Part shown: one piece after another, positions 27,571 through 32,000 of the stretch | How positions within the stretch are numbered: the first letter of the stretch is position 1 | Layout of the letters: each line of letters starts with the position of its first letter | Assembly: GCF_014280175.1 (NCBI RefSeq) | Contig: NZ_CP047931.1 | Location: 1,770,001-1,802,000, forward strand | DNA from: Synechococcus sp. A15-28 | GTDB lineage: Bacteria > Cyanobacteriota > Cyanobacteriia > PCC-6307 > Cyanobiaceae | Length of the DNA: 32,000 bases | Direction: 5' to 3' | Made by a program: the position numbers and the translations under genes | The notes under the pieces: generated by a model | What the model saw: the letters and a program-made list of their open reading frames with translations, nothing else | Told to the model about the DNA's origin: nothing | Database searches by the model: none

Positions 27571-28305
27571 ATGACTGAGCCCACAACTCTTGCTTCACAA
27601 CCCAACGTTGATACCAGTCATGCTGCTGTGGTCGTTCAACAAACGTATCGCCAGGTCTTCGGAAACCGACACCTGATGGAGCTTGATGTCAATAGCTCCA
27701 TCGAGGCACTATTCATGAATGGTGATCTCACCGTCCAGGGTTTTGTCATGGCCCTCGCGCAGTCTGACACCTACAAAAAACTGTTCTTTGAGACCAATAG
27801 TCCCTATCAGTTTGTTGAACTTAATTTCAAGCACCTTCTTGGCCGACCTCCTCATGATCAGGTCGAGCTAATGAATCACGTGAGACTGCTGCAAGACGAA
27901 GGATTTGAAGCCGAGATAGCAAGCTATGTCTACAGCGAAGAATATCTTTCAGCCTTCGGAGTCGATCAGATCCCATACAACCGCGCCTCAGAAAGCATGG
28001 TTGGAGGACGAACCCTGAACTACACCCGATCAAGAGTTGTTGATGCAGGTTACGCCGGATACGACAGTGCTGAGCGCCAGTCCAAGTTGCTGCAAAGCCT
28101 GTGCTCAGGCAACTCACCAGACGTGGTTGATCGCAAGAGTGTCGGAAACGCCAACTCCTTAACGATCAATTGGACGTCACGCCGCCAGGTTGGAGCCAAT
28201 CGGCGCGCTGTACAGAAATCGGTGGTCAATCAGACATCCATGTCGGCAACGATTCGCTCGATCCTGTCCCAAGGCGGAAAGATCCTTTCTATTGCGAAGG
28301 CTTAA
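27571..28305 (+). CDS. cpeE: phycoerythrin-associated linker CpeE
   Basis: 244 aa, PBS linker domain (HAAVVVQQTYRQVFGNRHLMELDVNSSIEALFMNGDLTVQGFVMALAQSDTYKKLFFETNSPYQFVELNFKHLLGRPP) and C-terminal CpcD-like segment; downstream of cpeC-mpeD. Confidence 0.85.
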   Translation: MTEPTTLASQPNVDTSHAAVVVQQTYRQVFGNRHLMELDVNSSIEALFMNGDLTVQGFVMALAQSDTYKKLFFETNSPYQFVELNFKHLLGRPPHDQVELMNHVRLLQDEGFEAEIASYVYSEEYLSAFGVDQIPYNRASESMVGGRTLNYTRSRVVDAGYAGYDSAERQSKLLQSLCSGNSPDVVDRKSVGNANSLTINWTSRRQVGANRRAVQKSVVNQTSMSATIRSILSQGGKILSIAKA

Positions 28306-28423
28306 TCCTTAGCGCTTTTTCCACAATCCAGACAGGCAAATCAGTCATGATTGCCGAGTGGTCATACAAAGGTGACCCTCAAGAACACATTCACCAGATT
28401 CAAATCGGAAACGGTTTTTCCCA

Positions 28424-28597
28424 ATGCCAATTCTTCGCCCATTTTCAAGAGAACAACCGACTCAGAACACAGCTTTTCAGCAATCAGCAGCTTCTGCACC
28501 AATGGCCATGTCGATGATGATCGATTCAATGGTTAACATGATGCATAGCAATCGCCAGCCGCTGGATGAGCACAATATTAAAAAGTATGACGATTGA
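28424..28597 (+). CDS. candidate Met-rich small protein (57 aa) overlapping the cpeS start
   Basis: Read manually: MPILRPFSREQPTQNTAFQQSAASAPMAMSMMIDSMVNMMHSNRQPLDEHNIKKYDD*; overlaps cpeS by 11 nt. Confidence 0.35.
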   Translation: MPILRPFSREQPTQNTAFQQSAASAPMAMSMMIDSMVNMMHSNRQPLDEHNIKKYDD

Positions 28598-29129
28598 GCA
28601 ATTTGTTGCTCAAAGTGTGGGTCAATGGCGGTCCATGAGATCTGGCCATTCTCTCGCTTTTCAACAATTTGAAGACGTTCTTAGCGAAGTAAGCATTGAA
28701 TCCATCGAGAAAGACGATTCTGCTGTTCAAGATTTACTCTCAACCGCAACTTCTCATCAAGGACATAGCTCCGACATAGTCGCGCCATTCAGGATGGAAT
28801 GGTCAGCTGAAAGTGACTGGGAGCCCGAAGATCCATCTCAAGTTTCATCAGGCTCGTGCCTGATCATCCCACTGAAAAAAAATGATTATTCTGGCATCTT
28901 GATCAGAAGTGTGGGGTATGCCGAATCAGAATTAGCAGAGTCGACATACCAGTTCTTAGATGATGGCACATTCTTACTTACAACTCACTATGAACAATCA
29001 ATAGCAGAGGAAAGAATCTGGTTTGTTTCAGACAATGTTCGGTGCAGATCATCTGTGTTGAAGACATCTGCAGGCTCAGGAGTTCTGCAAACTTCATTTG
29101 CCTCTGAAGTCAGACGAGTCAAGGCCTAG
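28587..29129 (+). CDS. cpeS: CpcS/CpeS-family phycobiliprotein lyase
   Basis: MTIEQFVAQSVGQWRSMRSGHSLAFQQFEDVLSEVSIESI...; ESTYQFLDDGTFLLTTHYEQSIAEERIWFVSDNVRCRSSVL is typical CpeS. Confidence 0.88.
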   Translation: MTIEQFVAQSVGQWRSMRSGHSLAFQQFEDVLSEVSIESIEKDDSAVQDLLSTATSHQGHSSDIVAPFRMEWSAESDWEPEDPSQVSSGSCLIIPLKKNDYSGILIRSVGYAESELAESTYQFLDDGTFLLTTHYEQSIAEERIWFVSDNVRCRSSVLKTSAGSGVLQTSFASEVRRVKA

Positions 29130-29137
29130 ATATATAC

Positions 29138-29752
29138 ATGAGAAATTATTCAGCGATTGCAGACTTTGCCAAGACTCTTGCAGGCACGTTCGATAACATT
29201 AATCAGGCACAAGAAAATCCAAAGGATTTCGCACGAATCAAAATTTTTTTTCGACCATTACCATGGCGCATCTTTAGAGGACCAGGTTTTTATTCTGAGC
29301 AATGCTATGACTATGCTCCGTGGGATCCCTACCGGCAAGGGATACATCGGCTAGTACTAGATCAGAACTTGTTTGTAATGGAGAATTTTGCCTTTGATAA
29401 TCCTCGCCGACTTGCTGGCGCTGGATGTAATCCCGAACTTTTGGACGATCTGCATTCAGAATCATTGAAGAGGCGCTGCGGCTGTGCCATGCATTTCCGA
29501 TCCATATCTCCTGGACACTACGTTGGCAATGTTGAACCCGGGAAAAGTTGTCTAATTCCAAGGGACGGAAAATTGACTTATCTCGTCAGTGAAGTTGAAG
29601 TCAATCAAACCTCCTGGATTAGTCGGGATCGTGGATTTGACCCAGAGAACAATGCGCAAGTCTGGGGATCAGAGCACGGCATGCTGCGATTCAAAAAAAT
29701 CACAAGTTTTTCAAAGGAAATCACTAACGAGTGGCTCGAGCTTAAAACCTGA
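29138..29752 (+). CDS. cpeT: CpeT/CpcT-family phycobiliprotein lyase
   Basis: LAGTFDNINQAQENPKDFARIKIFFRPLPWRIFRGPGFYSEQCYDYAPWDPYRQGIHRLV...CAMHFRSISPGHYVGNVEPGKSCLIPRDGKLTYLVSEVEV. Confidence 0.88.
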   Translation: MRNYSAIADFAKTLAGTFDNINQAQENPKDFARIKIFFRPLPWRIFRGPGFYSEQCYDYAPWDPYRQGIHRLVLDQNLFVMENFAFDNPRRLAGAGCNPELLDDLHSESLKRRCGCAMHFRSISPGHYVGNVEPGKSCLIPRDGKLTYLVSEVEVNQTSWISRDRGFDPENNAQVWGSEHGMLRFKKITSFSKEITNEWLELKT

Positions 29753-29755
29753 ACA

Positions 29756-30061
29756 ATGGTTGATTATGATAAACAAATGAAAACGTGGATACGTTCACAA
29801 CATTTAATCTGTGTTGGAAGTGATTTTATTTTTGAAACTGTTGATCAAACTCAATTAGACAAGTTCGAGACTTGCATTAGAGCCATGGGAGGGAGAATTA
29901 GAACTGTAAAAGCCGTTGGAAACTGGCCAATGGGGCCTAGACGATCATTCAAGATCCTGCAAGCAACTGCAAGTGTTCCACGACCCGGCGGCGAGGCTTT
30001 AGTGACCTACTGGGCCAAAAAGGGAAGCAAAACAACAAGGTACTCTGAGATATCTTCTTGA
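29756..30061 (+). CDS. cpeR: CpeR-like phycoerythrin operon regulator (101 aa)
   Basis: MVDYDKQMKTWIRSQHLICVGSDFIFETVDQTQLDKFETCIRAMGGRIRTVKAVGNWPMGPRRSFKILQATASVPRPGGEALVTYWAKKG; size, motif content and position after cpeS-cpeT. Confidence 0.75.
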   Translation: MVDYDKQMKTWIRSQHLICVGSDFIFETVDQTQLDKFETCIRAMGGRIRTVKAVGNWPMGPRRSFKILQATASVPRPGGEALVTYWAKKGSKTTRYSEISS

Positions 30062-30071
30062 TAATTGAGGC

Positions 30072-30305
30072 TCATTCATCAAACCATCCCATCCAGGTAT
30101 CCTGAGTAAAGTCAGTGTGCTTGCTCCACCTTCTTAATATAGTCAAGGAATCAAATTCATATCCCTTAGATGCAGCGATTGCGATCACATCATCTTGATT
30201 GAGAGCTGCCTTAATTTCAGCTTTGAGATCAGGATCCTGACGAACCATTGTAATGAATGATTCCAAAGATAAATCTTGCTTTACGTTAGAGGAGGAATCC
30301 GTCAT
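30072..30305 (-). CDS. Nif11-like domain small protein (77 aa)
   Basis: LSLESFITMVRQDPDLKAEIKAALNQDDVIAIAASKGYEFDSLTILRR follows the Nif11 pattern (LxxFxxxVxxDPxLxxxLxxAxxxxxVVxIAxxxGYxF). Confidence 0.75.
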   Translation of the reverse strand: MTDSSSNVKQDLSLESFITMVRQDPDLKAEIKAALNQDDVIAIAASKGYEFDSLTILRRWSKHTDFTQDTWMGWFDE

Positions 30306-30342
30306 ACCAGAGACTGCTCAATAGAGGTAATCTCATTGTAGA

Positions 30343-30624
30343 TCAAACTCCATCCATCAGCATGGCACGCCATAAGGCAACCTTCCGAAATGCCCAGGAC
30401 CAATGCTCAACAGGTACGACAAGAATCTTTGCCAATTCTGAATCACTCAAAGTCTTACGATCCAAAGAAAGATGTAGCTGCCATTCACTTGGTGAAAAAA
30501 TAAATCCCTTGGAAGCTGCATAATCAACAATATCCTGGTCAGTCTTACAAGCCTTCAAACCAGTGGCGATTGAATGGTCATACACAACCGCCTGGATAAA
30601 TTCGTTAATCGGAAGAGTATTCAT
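30343..30624 (-). CDS. Nif11-like domain protein (93 aa)
   Basis: MNTLPINEFIQAVVYDHSIATGLKACKTDQDIVDYAASKGFIFSPSEWQLHLS...; Nif11-like N-terminus, start at the second Met of the supplied ORF. Confidence 0.6.
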   Translation of the reverse strand: MNTLPINEFIQAVVYDHSIATGLKACKTDQDIVDYAASKGFIFSPSEWQLHLSLDRKTLSDSELAKILVVPVEHWSWAFRKVALWRAMLMDGV

Positions 30625-30626
30625 TC

Positions 30627-30947
30627 TCAACAACTCTCAATCCACAAAGCAAAGTTGACCCTTGTACAAATCATTTGAAGCACCAATGGCCCCCCAGGAC
30701 AACGCAGAAGTCGCCATGGAATATTCTTGTCTAGGACACCAGAATCAACGGTGATCTTTGGTGGACTTGTTGCCTGTTCGTAGGGTATCAATGCAGCACC
30801 AGTTAATGCTGGTTCAATTGAATCGACGATTGTTTTCAGCTGATCGAGAGTTGTGATCTCGTTTAACTCGGATTGGACTTCCTCCCGTGCTTGAACGGCA
30901 GCGACGAATTCAGAGAGCGCTTGCTCACGCTCAGGGGACACAGGCAT
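30627..30947 (-). CDS. hypothetical small protein, possibly divergent Nif11-related (106 aa)
   Basis: MPVSPEREQALSEFVAAVQAREEVQSELNEITTLDQLKTIVDSIEPALTGAALIPYEQATSPPK...; stop 2 nt before the next start. Alternative start 30995. Confidence 0.5.
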   Translation of the reverse strand: MPVSPEREQALSEFVAAVQAREEVQSELNEITTLDQLKTIVDSIEPALTGAALIPYEQATSPPKITVDSGVLDKNIPWRLLRCPGGPLVLQMICTRVNFALWIESC

Positions 30948-31187
30948 CGTGTTGCGACGAACCGATCGAATAGTACCAAAAACAAGTCTTTTCATTTTAT
31001 TACAGCAACGGCAACCTGAGCCGTCGGAACATGGATATGGAGTAAATTTTGAAAAATTTTTTGAATCTTACAAGTGAATATTTCCATGCGCATAAACAAA
31101 TAATCCTGACGCATACGCTCTAAAATTATTCAGGAAATCGAAGACTGCCTTCATCAATCTCATCAATTCATCCGACCAAATAAAATT

Positions 31188-32000
31188 ATGGCAGAGCGTT
31201 TCGACAACTTGGTTGAAGGATTAACAGAAGATCGTGCCATGTCTGTGATTCTGGCCGACCCAGAGACATTGGATCGACCTGTCGACAAATATATGGCTGC
31301 GACGAGGTTGGGAGCTAGCGACACTGAGGAATCCCTTGATGTTCTCATTAAGGCAGCAGAATTAAGTCCGGAACATCTGTTTGACCGAATCACACGACGA
31401 AAAGCCATTGATGCTCTAGGCCGCAGAAAAAGCACTAGGGCATTACCTACTCTGTTTCGCTCACTGTCTTGCACAGATGAGGCTGCAGTCATTAACGCTG
31501 TTGACGCCATCACAAAAATTGGTGCACCACTAACAGAAAGCAATCAGGGAAGCTTGATCAAGGCACTCGATGGGGAAGATATCCAAAAGCGAGCAGTCAT
31601 CCAGGCCTTTTGCAGGCTGGAAATCAATAAGGCAGAAGAGGCAATACGCCCACTCGCGAACGATCAGAATCCGCTCGTCTGCGGTGCAGCTAAAGCATAT
31701 TTAGCAAGAGTGCACAAAGAGACCTCCGGTCTAGATGATCTGGTTCCCCAGCTGATCGATCCCATCGCTGGTCGACGCCGATCCGCCGTCATTGACCTTG
31801 GCGATGCTGGTGATGTCACAAGATTGGAGGCACTGGTTGCGGCACCTGTGTCCATGTCATTACGGGCAAGAAGCGCTTTCCAGCTCGTCGATCCCAACAA
31901 AACATGTCACGTTCCTGATGAATATTCAGAATTAATAACGCAACTTTTGCAAGACAACCCACAACATTTAAAGCTCAGACAAGAGTGGGTCTGCCCTGTT
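31188..32000 (+). CDS. HEAT/armadillo-repeat phycobilin lyase or lyase-isomerase family protein (CpeY/MpeY/MpeQ/MpeZ type), 3' end outside window
   Basis: Read manually: [114 protein letters not shown]...; open to the window end, HEAT-like units, PBS-region context. Confidence 0.75.
   Translation, partial: MAERFDNLVEGLTEDRAMSVILADPETLDRPVDKYMAATRLGASDTEESLDVLIKAAELSPEHLFDRITRRKAIDALGRRKSTRALPTLFRSLSCTDEAAVINAVDAITKIGAPLTESNQGSLIKALDGEDIQKRAVIQAFCRLEINKAEEAIRPLANDQNPLVCGAAKAYLARVHKETSGLDDLVPQLIDPIAGRRRSAVIDLGDAGDVTRLEALVAAPVSMSLRARSAFQLVDPNKTCHVPDEYSELITQLLQDNPQHLKLRQEWVCPV

Noticed and set aside
28170-28536. ORFs 28170..28517 and 28351..28536 after cpeE
   Set aside because: The first begins inside cpeE in another frame and the second has a non-ATG start; neither shows a recognisable motif. 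Only the 28347 and 28424 ATG-initiated pieces are kept, as low-confidence candidates.
30072-30947. Nif11-like ORFs as prochlorosin/lanthipeptide precursors
   Set aside because: No double-Gly-type cleavage motif, no Ser/Thr/Cys-rich core after the leader-like region, and no LanM-type synthetase in the window.
31163-31900. Minus-strand ORFs 31163..31543 and 31664..31900
   Set aside because: Antisense to the open plus-strand HEAT-repeat lyase-family reading frame starting at 31188.
1-32000. CRISPR array, transposon, integrase, prophage or toxin-antitoxin module
   Set aside because: No direct-repeat/spacer pattern, transposase, integrase or terminal inverted repeats were seen; neither tRNA is flanked by an integrase or an obvious attachment-site duplication.

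Overview
This 32 kb window looks like a marine Synechococcus (PE-II-containing) chromosome. The left ~18 kb is ordinary core genome: GH100 invertase 3' end, petD, petB, a C-terminal processing protease, an HD hydrolase, minCDE, tRNA-Thr, a Sua5/YrdC protein, prmC, dprA, a thioesterase, a universal stress protein, psbM, a 2Fe-2S protein, psbB, psbT, nrdR, rpsA, a HAD hydrolase, metK and an FGGY kinase. The right ~13 kb is the edge of the phycobilisome rod gene region. It holds a 300-aa MpeE-like linker, a coupled pair made of a hypothetical gene and an orphan phycobiliprotein-fold gene, a CpcG/CpcL-like linker with a hydrophobic tail, a pentapeptide-repeat protein, CpeC, a 548-aa MpeD-like double linker, CpeE, CpeS, CpeT, CpeR, three small minus-strand ORFs (two Nif11-like), and the 5' part of a CpeY/MpeY/MpeQ/MpeZ-type HEAT-repeat protein that runs off the window. 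The items most worth a second look are: (i) the orphan phycobiliprotein-like ORF that keeps the QPGG...R..AC.RD chromophore motif; (ii) the membrane-tail linker; (iii) the Nif11-like cassette between cpeR and the lyase gene; (iv) overlapping dyad symmetries plus a short ORF before cpeC; (v) three sub-60-aa ORFs absent from the supplied track. No CRISPR array, transposon or prophage was seen. All identifications are by sequence recognition from memory; no searches were run.
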